DNA of 64,000 nucleotides from the human T2T-CHM13v2.0 reference genome, Homo sapiens: assembly GCF_009914755.1 (NCBI RefSeq), contig NC_060926.1; one strand, written 5' to 3'. Of the stretch, positions 37,212 to 51,230 are shown piece after piece (positions within the stretch are counted from its first letter, which is position 1; each line of letters opens with the position of its first letter). Both the position numbers and the translations under genes were made by a program. The notes below the pieces were generated by a model, which made no database searches, was not told the DNA's origin, and saw only the letters and a program-made list of their open reading frames with translations.

Positions 37212-37362
37212 GTTTTTTCAAGATGGGGTCTCACTCTGTCACCCAGACTGGAGTACAGTGGCGCAATCATAGCTCACTGCAGCCTTGAATCCTGAGGTCA
37301 AGCGATCCTCCCACCTCAGCCATTCAAGCAGTTGGGATTGCAGGTGCAGACCACCATGCCTG
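37212..37362 (-). mobile_element. Alu right arm/FRAM
   Basis: gtctcactctgtcacccagactggagtacagtggcgcaatcatagctcactgcagcc. Confidence 0.9.
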
Positions 37363-38578
37363 CTTCTTGTTTGGTTTAGAGGCAATTCAAATATCATATG
37401 TCTCCTATGGTTCTGTCCCATCTACAATGTGCATGTCTTTTTTATTATCCACAGGCAAAATATTATTCAGTGCAAAGCTCCTTCCACCCTGATAGAAAAA
37501 GATTTTCCCCTGCATTGTCTTAGCTTTAAGAAAGGGAGAAAAAGACAAGTAAAGTCACTTGTTTGGGATTTCAAGGAACTGGGAAAAAATGGAACCTCCG
37601 GCAAGTGGGAATGTGATCTACATGGGAAAATCTCTGAGAAGACACCTGCTCTTCCACTGGTCTTTGTCTCTGAGGCTCCTGGAGCTGCAGCCTCATAGGA
37701 GTGGCTTCTTGTTGGAAACTGGGGCAAAAAAAGCACAGCATTGGTAAGGACAGAGGGCTCTGTCGGTGGAAAAAGGACAATCAGTGAACTTTTGAGCCCA
37801 GGAGCAGGGCAAGGCTTCCAATGTGAGCTAGACGTCTGGAAACTCAATCTCAACTAGAGTATCAGTTACCTCACAGACTCAGACCCTCTCCTGCATAAAG
37901 GGCGGCAGTAGCCGGGCGGGCCTCTGACATGAAACTCTCTGTTCACTTCTTAATTAACTCTAAGAAATGTACCTCAGAGTCTCTTAGAAAGGGAAATTGT
38001 TCTGCCCGGTAGAAGGACAGAGGTGACATCAAGATAAGAGTTTGAGTATGACAAAAATATCAAGAGCTTCCCAAGTCTGCCTTGGCCCAGAGAATTAAAC
38101 ATCCGTGGGGTCACCCTTTAGATCATGGGACCATTGCTCCCTGCCAAATTTCTGCTCACGGCTTGTTTTCCAAAGAGAGTCATAAGAGCTACCCTCGCCC
38201 TGCCTACTGTTTTGGTATCAAACACCCTTGGTACTCAAGCATGAAAATATGAGGAACTCTCAGATCCTGATTCTACACACTTTGGTAATTCCAGATATGC
38301 ACCTGAATTACAGAATCCTATTTAACATCTGGGTGTGAATTCTCTCCCCATTCACTCTGAGCCTGCCACCAGACTAGCCCTCTCTAAGCCTTCATTCATG
38401 TATTCTCCATCAGCATTTAGTATAAAACTACCAGTATGCTTGACACTACTCTAGGGACTTGAGGTACAAACAGGCCCAAGACATGATCTATGCCCTCAAA
38501 GGGTTTATTTTCTAGCAGGGAATACAAATGTATGGATTAATAATAGCAGCTACTGTTTATTAAGCCCTTATGAAATGC

Positions 38579-38735
38579 TTTTTCTTTTAGTGACAACATC
38601 TCACTATGTTACCCAAGCTGGAGAGCAATGACCATGATCATAGCTCACTATAGCCTCAAACTGCTTGGCTCAAGCAACACTCCTGCGTCAGCCTCTTGGG
38701 TAGCTGGGACTACAGGCACACACCACTGCACCCTG
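38579..38735 (-). mobile_element. FRAM/AluJ monomer
   Basis: tctcactatgttacccaagctgga...gatcatagctcact...tagctgggactacaggc. Confidence 0.85.
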
Positions 38736-38773
38736 CATATGATATGCTTTTGATAAACATCGAGCTAAGTAGT

Positions 38774-39322
38774 TGTAGTAGACAGCCTCTAAAATAGGCC
38801 ATAATGATCTTCTCCTGAAATTCACATGCTTGTGTAGCACCCTTCCACATTGACTAGGGCTGGTATAAATAATAGGATCTATGGAAATAACAGTACATGA
38901 CCTCTGAGGCCAGGACATAAATGATAATGCAGCTTCCACCTAGGTCTCTCTTGGATCATTCACTCTAGGGGACTCCAGATGCTATGTGGTAAAGACACTT
39001 AGGAAGCCCTATCCTGTGGGAAGGTCCACATGGAGAGGAACTGAGGCTGCCCACCAATAGCCAGCGAGGAATTGAAACCTTCTGCCCATAGCCATATCAT
39101 TGAGTCATCTTGGAAACAGTGCCTCCAGCCACAGACAAGCCTTCAGATGACTGTAGTCCCATCTAACATTGCAACTGCATCCTCATGAGAAACCTCAAGG
39201 CAGAACCACCCAGCTAAGCGGCTCCCAAATTCCTGACCCACAGACAGGAAACAGTGTTTATTGTTGGTTTAAGCCACTAGATTTGAGGGTAATTTGCCAT
39301 GCAGCAATAGATAACTAATACA
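38774..39322 (+). mobile_element. MLT1E/F-type LTR
   Basis: tgtagtagacagcctctaa...gaggaactgaggc...ccttcagatgactg...gcagcaatagataactaataca. Confidence 0.85.
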
Positions 39323-39959
39323 GTGCTTTGCATTCATTTTCTATTGACTCTTCATGCCAGTCCTAGTGGGTATTTATTATTATCCCAACTTTACAAATGA
39401 GGACACTGAGATTTAGAAAGGTTATAGTAAGAGGCAAAGTCACAGCTAAATAGCTAAGTCTTCTGAACTTCAAGCTCTGTGACCTTAACCTCTATGTAAT
39501 AAAATGATTTTGGTGCAAATGCAGAAGTCTGTACAGGGAAAAAAAGGTCACAGTGGGAGTAGTGAGCTCTACCTGGGAAGTCTGGAACTGGAGGGGAGGA
39601 GGAGACAGGGAAGACTTGTTAGAGGATATCAGACTTGCAATGAAAAGGAAGGATGAGCAGATGTTCACCAGGTGGGCAGCAAGGAAAAGGATTCCAGATG
39701 GAGGAGCAACATGAGCAGGGGCACGGAGGCACCAAACAGCCTGTGTTCAGAACCTCTGGAGTTTCCAGACCTGGAAGAACTGAGGCCTTGTGGCTTGTAC
39801 ATAAGGGGATACTCTTGGTTCTTGCCCAAGGTTTATTCTTGCAGTCACAGGACAGAACCCTGTGCCCGCCAAATAGTTAGCACCTTTCCTACAAACTACT
39901 GTCCCAATCTCTTCTCTTGATTAACTTAAATCCCCATTCGTTCCCCATTTCTTTCCTAG

Positions 39960-40304
<345 letters not shown>

Positions 40305-40552
40305 GGTCAGTTCTCTTTTAAAGACCCAGCTTTCTGGCATCCCCATCATGCATACCACTGTTCTTCTTGGCAGGCAACTCTTGCTCCTTACAAAAATGCG
40401 GTTATGATGCTTATACTTGAATTCACATCTCTTATCTACTGCAAAATACCATGTAAACTTTACTTTCTTCTTTAGCAGGGTCACAAGAATGGCAAATTAG
40501 GGAGATTCATGGGACCAAGTGTATTGGATTATAGAAAGGTGCTTTTAACTTT

Positions 40553-40633
40553 TATTAGGTTAGTGTAAAAGTAATTGCGGTTTTTGCCATTATTTTCATT
40601 GAAAATAAACAATTACTTTTGCACCAACTAATA
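40553..40633 (+). mobile_element. MADE1 (Hsmar1-derived MITE)
   Basis: ta-ttaggttagtgtaaaagtaattgcggtttttgcc...caattacttttgcaccaactaa-ta. Confidence 0.92.
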
Positions 40634-40659
40634 CCTTTTCTCATAGCAGCCTTCTGGAT

Positions 40660-41110
40660 CCTTGGTGGATTATAAATTAGAGACGCACAATATAAGGAAT
40701 TAGTAGTTGGTTTAATAACAGTATCCACACCCCAAAAATATTAAACATGGGTTGATGTCAAGGTCTAGAGGACAATCTATATTGGCATGACCAATAGTTC
40801 TGCCCTCAGCCCTCTCCCAGGCAACATCGTTTAAACCCATAACTTGAATGAAGATATAGAAAGCAGGTTTACTAAATTACCTAATGGTTGAAAGGGGTAG
40901 GTAGCAACCGCATGAGATGGCAGAACTAAAACTATGTCTCCCAAAAGGCTAACATGGGTCAAGTCTTACCAAGACATCTTTACCTGACATGTAAACTCCT
41001 TTACTTGAGTTCCAAAAGTAACTGCACAAATACACAATGAAGGTTTCTGACTCAGGGTAACTGTAAAAGGGAAGAACATTAAAGAGTTTTAGCTCTAGTT
41101 GAATGAAAGC
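40660..41110 (+). mobile_element. CR1/L3 LINE RT-region fragment
   Basis: aacttgaatgaagatatagaaagcaggtttactaaatt reads NLNEDIESRFTK, similar to the CR1 motif preceding FADD. Confidence 0.55.
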
Positions 41111-42989
41111 AAAGACACAACCTGCACTAGGGGAGAGGACGAGGGACAGTTGGATTCTGAGGGTTTACTACTGAGATTCGACAGCCTCACCACCAACCCC
41201 GGGCTGTATTTAGTAACTCACACTCTACTCCATTAAATGTGTTTGGGTTTCCAGCCCCCTCCCCGTGGCCCTCACCCCAGACTGAGCCAGGAGCCCTTAG
41301 AAGGTAATGAGAACACTGAGAGCTTGGGAGTCTGGGAAGAGCTTGGAAACGAGAGCGCTCAGAGCCTCTCCCAGCGCGGCCCTATCCCTGCTGATAAGGC
41401 TGAGAGCAAAGCTGGCTGACAAGTGATTGGAAACAGGAGTTCCCAAACCCTTTAACTCTTTCCTACCCTGCTCGTGTGCTGGAGTCTCCATCTCCCGTGG
41501 CTTTCCCCTCTCTGTATCAGGGCTCTCTGCTCCCCCTACCAGGCTTTCCATCTACTCCTCCTTTTGTCCTGATGCACACTGAACGCTGTCCTTCTGCCTG
41601 AAAAGCAGTCACTTCCACCACCAAAGATGCAAGCTGCCCAGAGCAGTCAGCCAGTCCCTCTGGTCCAGACCCTACCAAGCTCACTTAAACGACCACATCC
41701 GTGCTTGTCCAGAGCTGCTGTTCAGCAAGCAGCAGGAACCTACCAGGGGAATGTTGGTCCTGTTTGGTGTTTGGGGTTTCTGGGAGTGGAGACCCCAGGA
41801 AAAGTCTCAGTAGCCTAAGTCCAGAGCCATTCTCAGCTGCCCCTGCTGGCTGGGGAACCCTATCAAAGGACTTCAGGGGTCACCCCCTTAAGCCAGACCT
41901 GATTTTGCTGGGTGATCCTAAAGGCCATCCAGTCACTTAGATATTGCCTGCTTCACGGACAGGCCTCTTATAGGCATAGATGACGAGGGGTCTGTCCGTG
42001 ACAGTGGCCAGCATGACTGAAGCTAAGAGGTAAGCTTCCCTCCTTGCCCTGGGGAGGGGCATTAAGGAAAAGCCAGGCTTAAGAGCCACAGTAATTAAGT
42101 GTAAAAGAAGCTTCCTTCAGTAGAATGGAATTCACATAAACTGCCATTATCATGCAAAGCAGCTTTGCACCTAAAAGCCCTTACTCAAACAGGCAGTTTA
42201 ATTAAATCCCTAATCTCCTCTGGCCTATTTGACCCCTTCTCTCCTCCTCTTATCCCCTTACCACCCCAACCCCCTGCCTCAGCCCCACTCTCACCTTCAA
42301 GATTCCATTTAAAACACCCCACCTGTAAGTGTGCAAAATCTACCCAAAAAAAGGTGGGTCTGGGGTCCTCTTTAGGGTTTGGTTGCTGTGTCTTAGGGGT
42401 TAGCTCCCTGAGGCTCAGACAGCTCTGACTTGGGTGCTAGATGCTAGCAGCAAGGGTGAGCATGATGGTGGTGATTCCCACAATGGCCATGGTCAAATGA
42501 AGTCAGGGGAGTCAGCATCACACTCCCACCCACTGGTTCCTGCTCAGCCGCAGGAAGCTGATGCCCATTTATAACCCACCCCATGCCATGAAAAGTCTGC
42601 AGTCTCCCTCTCCATAGTAAGTGTGAAGAAGCCCTAACAGGCTTGGATGTTAGGACCCTGCTGTTAAACCAGAAGAGACAGGGATGGAGAAATTGACCTG
42701 TCTGTGGGCATCTCCATTTCTGAGGCTGCACTGGCGGCTGCTATGAAGCCTAGGAGGGATGCTAAACCTGTTAGTGAGATTTGCAGGCAAAAGCCTGGAG
42801 CTATGATTTGGAGTTCAGACTACCTGCTGTAGGCAGGGGGAGAGGTTAAGAGAAGGAAGACTGGAATGGGGTGGGAGGGTGACGAGGCTGAAGTGCACTG
42901 ATAAGAAAAACCTAATAGTACCTTCTGACGTCTGCAAAGTGTTTTAGAAGTTTGTGCCTTCATTCAGGAAAAGAAAGAAAGAAAATCAC

Positions 42990-43200
42990 GTATAGAATGC
43001 CAGGCACCATGGCATGCTTCTCTCTTCAATTTGAACCTTGTAAAGTAAGTCTCCCTCCCTCCCCACTCCACACACAGGAGAAAAAAACTGTGATGCAAGG
43101 AGGTGAAGTGACTTTCCCAGTGGCACACAACTCATGACTGGCAGAGCGAGGATTCAAACACTGGCCTGCCTTCCTGAAAATCGATGCTCTTTCTGCTAAA
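42990..43200 (-). mobile_element. MIR
   Basis: gaggtgaagtgactttcccagtggcacaca...ggcagagcgaggattcaaac. Confidence 0.7.
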
Positions 43201-43704
43201 CCACAGATCACCCACAAGGATTACAATGTTGGAGCAGGGATTAACCACCCAAGAATACTCATGGCATCGTAGGCCAAACTCCATCTCTTCTCCCTCATGC
43301 AGCAAGAAAGTTTCCATCTCAAAACAAGCCATTTCCTCTGAGCAGGGGTCTCAGCAGGGATGAGAAAATCAGGCCCTCAGCCCTGTGGATGCAGGCCAAG
43401 GGAGCTGGGCTTGTGGAAGGCTTCTTGGGGTTCAAACCCAGGGGAATAAAGAGTCCCAGAGGAAACTTTTCTTTGCAGGAAAGAAGTGTCCAGGGCCGTG
43501 GTGGGGGAGGGGGCATCTGTAGGTCATATAACAAACACCAGACCTCTCCATTTTATACCTCATTCCTTTGGTGGGGGCAAGCAGTGGAGCCATCTCTATT
43601 TGGGAAACAGTGAAACTCAAATCACCATGAACCCTGCACTTTTTCTGTTAATTGTGTGAACTTCACTGTGCCTGGAGAATGCATGGACCTGCATTAGAGG
43701 AAGT

Positions 43705-43875
43705 TATATTTCTGGAATATTACATATATATCTGTGTAATATATCAATTATATGGAATATATATTTTGAATATATTATACATAATAATATATGGGAATAT
43801 ATATTATTCCCATATATTAGGAATATATAATATAATATAATCCTAATATATATTATAATGTATATCTTATATTTC
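43705..43875. repeat. AT-rich low-complexity tract with internal inverted repeats
   Basis: (TA)-rich; 15-bp and 11-bp perfect inverted repeats. Confidence 0.9.
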
Positions 43876-44899
43876 CTTGCATTATGGGTTTTCTTTGCAA
43901 AGAGTAGATACCCTTTTGGGAGGTTCCAATAAATCTTATGAATAAATGACTGAAGCTGGCAGCACAATACCCAGCCCCTGAGGGAGCTCCTAAGCCTTTC
44001 AATTCTCCAGCCCTGAGCTGGTTCTGCCCAGCCGGCACTGTCAATTTGTGGCCACCTCGCTCCAAGCCAGGTATTTCCAAAGGTCGTGGACTTGGAATAA
44101 CAGGTGCTACTGTTTTGACTTCAGAAAGACAGCCTGGGACCAAAGAATCCTCCATAGCTTCAGGGCTGATGTGGGTGCGTTAAGAAAGTAGGATTTTGGA
44201 TGAGATCTGTTACAGGGTCCTTTGTCTCTCTTATAGCAAAGAAAACTGAGAAGAATTTTAAAAGGCTGCCTTGGTCTCCAGAATCCCTCTGGAAGCAGAT
44301 GGCATGTCAACAGGTTCCAGGGCAGGCTCCAGAGGCCCCAGACCTGGGAGCCTTATTGGAATGTAATTAACCTAAGTGCTGTCTGTTAGGATGAAAAGGC
44401 AGGAATGCAATTATGGAAGGAGCATGAGGTGAGCTTTCATTGATTAACCTGTCCTGTCTGATTCCATTCCCTACTGAGGTGATTTTGGGGGCCCTGAGGG
44501 TTGCCTTGTGCCCTCAGGGTTATGAGAAAGGAAAACAGTCACTGCAGAAAGTGAATACCTAAAACAGAGTTCAGGATGCCTGTGTGGCCCCCCAAAATTG
44601 CCTGGAAAATGCACTTGTGCAAAATGTAAAATGTACATTTTCGAGGAAGAGGCCGGACACTCTTATCACTTGCTTGAAGGGGTCTGCAGCCCCCAAAGCG
44701 TTAAGAATCTCTGTGCTAGAGGAGCGAAAGCTCAGCACAGTTGCTAGAGTAGGACCTCAGGAAAAGTCCCTTCAGTTTTCAGCTCCAAATGGCCATCATC
44801 CATTTGGCTGATGCTAAGGCTAAGCAAGTCACTTAGCCTTTCTGTGCCTCAGTTTCATCTGTAAAATGAGGGACATCCCAGGGTTCATAAGATAATTGA

Positions 44900-45647
<748 letters not shown>

Positions 45648-47009
45648 TAGATTCTATGGGAATTCCCAGGTAAGATGCTTCTCCAAAATGAAGTGAAGCC
45701 ATGTGACCCAGGGTCTTTAAACATTGCTTCCTCAAACCCTCCCCCAGTAGGGTACTTCTCCCCCAGAGGCATGGGGATCTGGCCACACTATAAGACAAAC
45801 TTCTGGAAGTGGGGGCACATCAAGCGTCTGGGTGGTGCCAGTGCCTGGGCCTGAGCTAAAGTCTTCACCAGCCTGCCCCTTTTGGGGAAGCTTCTGACAA
45901 TTTCGATTACCGAAATCTTCCTGCCTTTTGGGATAATACAGTCAAATGCTCCATTGAGACAGACTTCTGTATCTTTACAGGCCCTAGAATGAGACCAACC
46001 CAAGGCCCAGCATCTGCAGAATGTCCCGTGTAGAACCAGGAAGGAAAAACTAAACCACTCCTTTTCCCCTCTTCCCAACACACCCTTCTCTCCTCTCAGA
46101 TCCTTGGAGTTCTCCGCACTCAGAACCTACAAGCTGCCCAGGGGTCTTCCAGACCAGCCCCAGTTGCTTCCAGCCTCCTTCCGCCAGCACATCTCTGCAG
46201 CCTTGGGCCACCGATCCTAAGCCAAAGCCTCCCCAACCTCTGGGCTCAGAAGCAGGTGTAATCCCAACTCCAGCAGGGAATTCCAGAGGTGAAGGTCACG
46301 GGAGCATCTTTAATCTTCGGTTCCCAGTAGAGAAGATACCCAAAGAGCAGGGAGCAGGAGCCAGCTCCAGGCTATACATTTGTTTATTCATCAATCATTC
46401 ATTTATGCATTAATCATTCATTCCCCCCACCCATCAGTCATTCATCTGCTTATTTATTCATTCAATGTGTTTGTACCTTGTCCTTGCTTTGGTTACCGCA
46501 GATGTTGGTCCTCTCCTGCTTTGATCTGTCCCCTGTTTCTCTGGCAGCTGCACAGCAGAAGCCTTCTCATGTCCCTTGTTGGGTACTTGGCTGAGAGTGT
46601 GTCTCCCTCTCAGAGGTGCCTGAGGAAAATCAAAGGGACAGTGCAGAGCTGTCTGCTGCCTGCAAGTTCCCTTCCATTGCAAAATCCAGCCTTCTGGTCC
46701 GTAGGTCAGTGGGAGAGATTGGGAGGGGCTGCAGAGGGGTCTCCAGGCCCAATCGAGGAATAATGGTCTGGACATCCTCACCATGTGTGAGCTCTGGCTG
46801 TTTAAAAAATAAAAAAAATAAAAAAATAAATATACTGGTCCTTCTGGGAGAAAGGGGACTGCAGGAGACTCTAAGCCTCTGTGCCTGGTTCTGAGGCCTG
46901 AGCTCAGCACTTTGGCAGGCCCAGAGAACATGGTATGGGAAAACCTGGGGCTGGAGTTTCAGAGGCCTAAGCTGTGAGCCTTCTGACAGGTCTCCCACCT
47001 TCCATCCTT

Positions 47010-47392
47010 CCATCTACCTGACCCTGTAAAGTCTGTTCTCAGCCAGCAGCCAGAGATCCTTTAGTAAAAGACCACGTCCTGCCTGTGCTCAGAACCCTGC
47101 CCTGACTTTCAGTTCTCTCGGAGAAAAACCCAAGGCCCCACTTGATGGGGTCCCCCTCATCTCCCACTCACTCCCTCCATTCAGCCCCCACTGGCCCCAT
47201 CCTTCCCGAACTCACCAGCCACACTCCAACCTTAGGGCTTTTGCTATAGTTGTTTCTTCTAGAACAGGCTTGACCTGGGTGACTTGCTTGAAAGTGACTC
47301 ACTTTCTCACTTCCTTCAAGTCTTCGCTCAATTGAAACCTTCCCCATAAGCCTACCATGACCCATCCTATTTAAAACTGCAAAGCACACAGG

Positions 47393-47432
<40 letters not shown>

Positions 47433-47670
47433 ACTCTCAACCCCCCTTCCTCTTTAGCACTCATCACCTTCTAACATAATACATAATTTACTTATTATTT
47501 TTACCATTTATTGTCTGTCTCTGCCTGCTCAAGTATAACTTCCAAAAGGGTAGGGGTCTTTGTATGTTTTCTTCCCTGATGTATCCCGAGGGTGGGCCAT
47601 CCCATGGATGCCTGGTGTATAGCAGGAGCTAGTAAAACATTCCTTGGATGAAAGAATGAATGAGTGAATG
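47010..47670 (+). mobile_element. L2 3' portion containing a (CA)n tract
   Basis: cagcagccagagatcctt...agggcttttgctatagttgtttc...gaatgaatgagtgaatg. Confidence 0.8.
47392..47431. repeat. (CG)3-(CA)15 alternating purine-pyrimidine tract
   Basis: gcacgcgcg(ca)15c. Confidence 0.95.
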
Positions 47671-49109
47671 GGCTGTAGGAAGCTCTGAGGATGAAGCTTG
47701 TGAAGCCACAGGCTGTGGAGTTTGGGGCTTCCTGGGGGTAGAATTTAGGAGGTCCACAGTGGCTTCTATCAGCTGTGCTGAGGAGAGAAGAGCCAGGCAA
47801 ATTGCCCGCTGCCAGCCTTCTCGGGGAGGAAAGGTAGGCAGCAGCATCGGTGGGGATTGCGCTAACTCAAGGTGCCAGCTCCATGCTGCTCTGGGGCTGG
47901 CCAGCGCTCTGGATGTCATTAGCTGATTTGTTCTGCTCTGCAGAATGTACTTTTCATATTTAGGCAGAAAAAAACAGCTTTCGATCCTTGTGCCCTTTCT
48001 TCTGTGAGCTGTAGCACATGGCCTGCTAATTATGAATTAATCCTCTAAAGAGCATGTTCATTATTCTAATTTAATTGTGCTTCGTTTCAGAAAATAACTA
48101 AACCCAGCGTGGAATAAACTCCAATGCTGATCAGTTTTCAAGAAGTTAACATAAGACAAAATTCTGCTAGAGGGCAGCAGCAATTTGGAATCATTAAAGG
48201 GAACCCATGTAAATAATAAAAACAAAACTAAAATGCAGAATTAAATTAAGGAATAGGAAATTAAATTTGGGAATCTAATCTAAAATTGAGGCCTTATATG
48301 CACAGGCTTACCCTGGCTTGGCTCTTCGCTCAGGAGTGCTCAGGAGAGGAGGTTCTGCAGAGTTTCCCACGACCAGGGAAGCGGCAGTCCCTCCTGGGTG
48401 GCAGTTTGCTGTTCTGGGAAGAGAGATGTGGGCTGAAGTGGGAGAAAGGGGGCTTTCCTCCCACGGGGTCAACTGTGATGAAGATGAAAGCCACATTGTC
48501 ACAGATGCATCTGGATAGCTCATCCTGAGCCCTGGTGACCGGTTCAGGAGAACTGCCTGCAGCCAAGAGTCCAAGCTGCCACTCACTAGGAGGAAGCACA
48601 GGAAATGAGGCAGATGGTGCTGGGTGGCTGCTGGCCTGAGATGCTGGGAGTGGTCAGCCCTGGGCAAAGAAGCCGCGCCAGCCCTCCTTCACCTTTGGGC
48701 CCTGGGCACCCTTCCACAGGTGACCCAGCTCAGGACAGAGGCTGAGGGAGTTTCCTCCTGCCCGGGCAGTGGCCCCTAAGCAGGGTCCTGGCCTCCCCAC
48801 CATCACCGTGAGAGCCCAGTTACAGATGGAGGAGACCCGGACTCCAGCAGCATCATGACAGGTCAGGCCTCCACCAGGCAAAATGAGAAAGGGAGGATGG
48901 GAAGGACGGGGTGTGGGGAGGAGGAGAGAGCCAACTTATAAAGTGTCTGCAAGTCAGATGTACAGTCAGGGGCAGAGTTAGCACCATGGCTCAGGCTTCA
49001 TTATGTATTGATTTTTTAGACCCTGTCCCTGGGGTATTCTTTTTCTCTCCATATTCCTACCTCCTCTGGCTCTCTTCCTCTCTCTCTCCCACCTCCCTCC
49101 TCAAAATGA

Positions 49110-49310
49110 AAAGAGCTCAACCTTCTGAGTCAGACAGACTGATTTGGAGCCACAGTTCTTCCTCTTACTTGGTACTGGAGCTTCAACAAACTATTTTGCC
49201 TTCCTTAACCTCAGTTTCCTCATATGCAATGCTAATAATATCTGTCTCCTTGGTTTGTTACAAGGGCTAAATGCAAGAAAGCACTTGGCACAGAGCAGGT
49301 ACTCAGGCAC
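49110..49310 (+). mobile_element. MIR
   Basis: ttaacctcagtttcctcatatgcaatg...aaagcacttggcacag. Confidence 0.7.
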
Positions 49311-50320
49311 TTCTGCTTTTTTATTCTCTGTTTCACCAGTGCTTCTTCACATGCCACTCTCTACACACACATGCACACACGTGCACACATATGCACGCAC
49401 AGGCTCCATCCTCTGCCAAAGGCCTTAGGCTGTGTTTCTAGAGCACCACAAGTAGTTAGAAAAAAAATAGTCCAGTCAATCAAATGCAATCAACTGCTTG
49501 CTTTGATTCACAAAGGCAAACATTCAAACAGATGGCCTTATCCCAGTATCAAAGTGAAGTTTTCCATTGCCATTTTCATTTGGAGTTCTACATGGATAAA
49601 TTAGCCACCTTAAAATAGATCTCTTTTTTGAAAAAAGAAGAGAATACAAACAAGCAAAAAAAGTCTTAACTTGTTCTCATTTAATTCACATTTTGATCAA
49701 GAAACTAATGCACAAAATTGAGGCCACAATACTGATTGGTTAGTTAAACAGTGATTGCGTCTAAAACTATCAAAGATGGAGACCACAAGGACAAAAAAGG
49801 CTAAGAGTTCTGTCTTGAATTCCCTGGCTACTTTACCTTATCTTACTTTGCTAACTGCCTGCAGAGAGTATGTCAGTCTCTTGCCTGTCCCCTGATTTAT
49901 ACCTGTAAATTGAGGCACTATGAGGCACAACCAATCTCTGTTCTCCCAGAACAAACCCAGAAACCTCAGAGCAGCCACATGGTGTGGATCCAAAATCCAT
50001 GGAAGATCCACCTTCAGTGTCAATGGAAAGGAAGCAGGAGAGCCACGCCCTGGCCTGAGGCTACCAGGGAGAAGGAAGGGTTACCCTGAAGGTGAGGATC
50101 AGGGCCAAGTAAGCCACAAGGTTGGCCTACACTTAGGTCCAGGGGCAAATGCTGGAAAATGACCCCTCAGCCTTTAAAAATTAAAGAAAAAGGCATGCAA
50201 ATTTCTTAGACACATAAAACTCATAACATAAGACTTATCCAGGGAGCCCACCTGTTGAGGAGCTCAGCTGATGAGGGGTTAATTTCTAGAAGACTGGAGT
50301 AAGCGTGGTCAGTTAAACGG

Positions 50321-50684
50321 TATTATGGACTGCACGTTTCTATCCCCCGAAATTCATATGTTGAAACCCTAATTCGGAATAGGATGATATTAGGAGGTGG
50401 GGCGTTTGGGAGGTGATTCAGTTTAAATGAGGTCATGAGGATAGAGCTCCCATGATGGCATTAATGACCTTACAAGAAGAGAAAGAGACTAGAGTCATGT
50501 GAGGACACAGAGAAAAGACAGCCATCTGTCTTCTCTCCATGAAGAGGACCCTCACCAGATACCAGATCTGCTGGTGCCTTCATCTTAGACTTTCCAGCTT
50601 CCAAAACTGTGAGAAACAAGTGTTTGTTGTTTAAACTACCCAGTTTATGGTATTCTGTTGTAGCAGCCTGAACCGATAATGACA
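50321..50684 (+). mobile_element. MaLR LTR (MLT1A-like)
   Basis: tatggactg...aaattcatatgttgaaaccctaa...gactttccagcttccaaaactgtgagaaa...tagcagcctgaa. Confidence 0.88.
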
Positions 50685-50989
50685 GATGGTTTCTGTATTT
50701 CTGATCTTCAATGAAAAACTCTGTTTCCAGAATATGAAACTGCCTGCCTGGGAGGGCTTTTGTGTGGAGGCAGTTCCCCCATCTTACCATGAAACCTGAA
50801 GTCATGTCTACCCAACAGAAGAGCTTTCAAGGTGGCTACACCCGAGAGGGAAACTAATTTGTTTCCCTAAAACAACTAAATTCCCTTCTATATGAAGTCC
50901 ATATAGTTTGAGTTTGTGCAACCCATCCACCCAGGGATCCTTTCCCTGTTGGTAACTCTAATATTATTGCTGATAACACTAGTGAAAAT

Positions 50990-51230
50990 AGTCAACATTC
51001 ATGGAGAGCTTACTCGATGCCACACATTTGTTCTAAGTACTTCATAAGAATTATTTCATTTAATCCTTGCAACAACCATACGAGGTAGATATTATTATCC
51101 CCATTCTATAGATGAGGCAACTGAGGCCCAGAGAAACAGAGCAGCTAGCCCATTATAACAACAAAACACAGCAGCACCGGGGTTTGAATCCAGGCAATGC
51201 TCCAGATTCTGGAGTCTCCTAACCACTAAA
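50990..51230 (-). mobile_element. MIR
   Basis: tcatttaatccttgcaacaacc...attattatccccattctatagatgaggcaactgagg. Confidence 0.85.
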
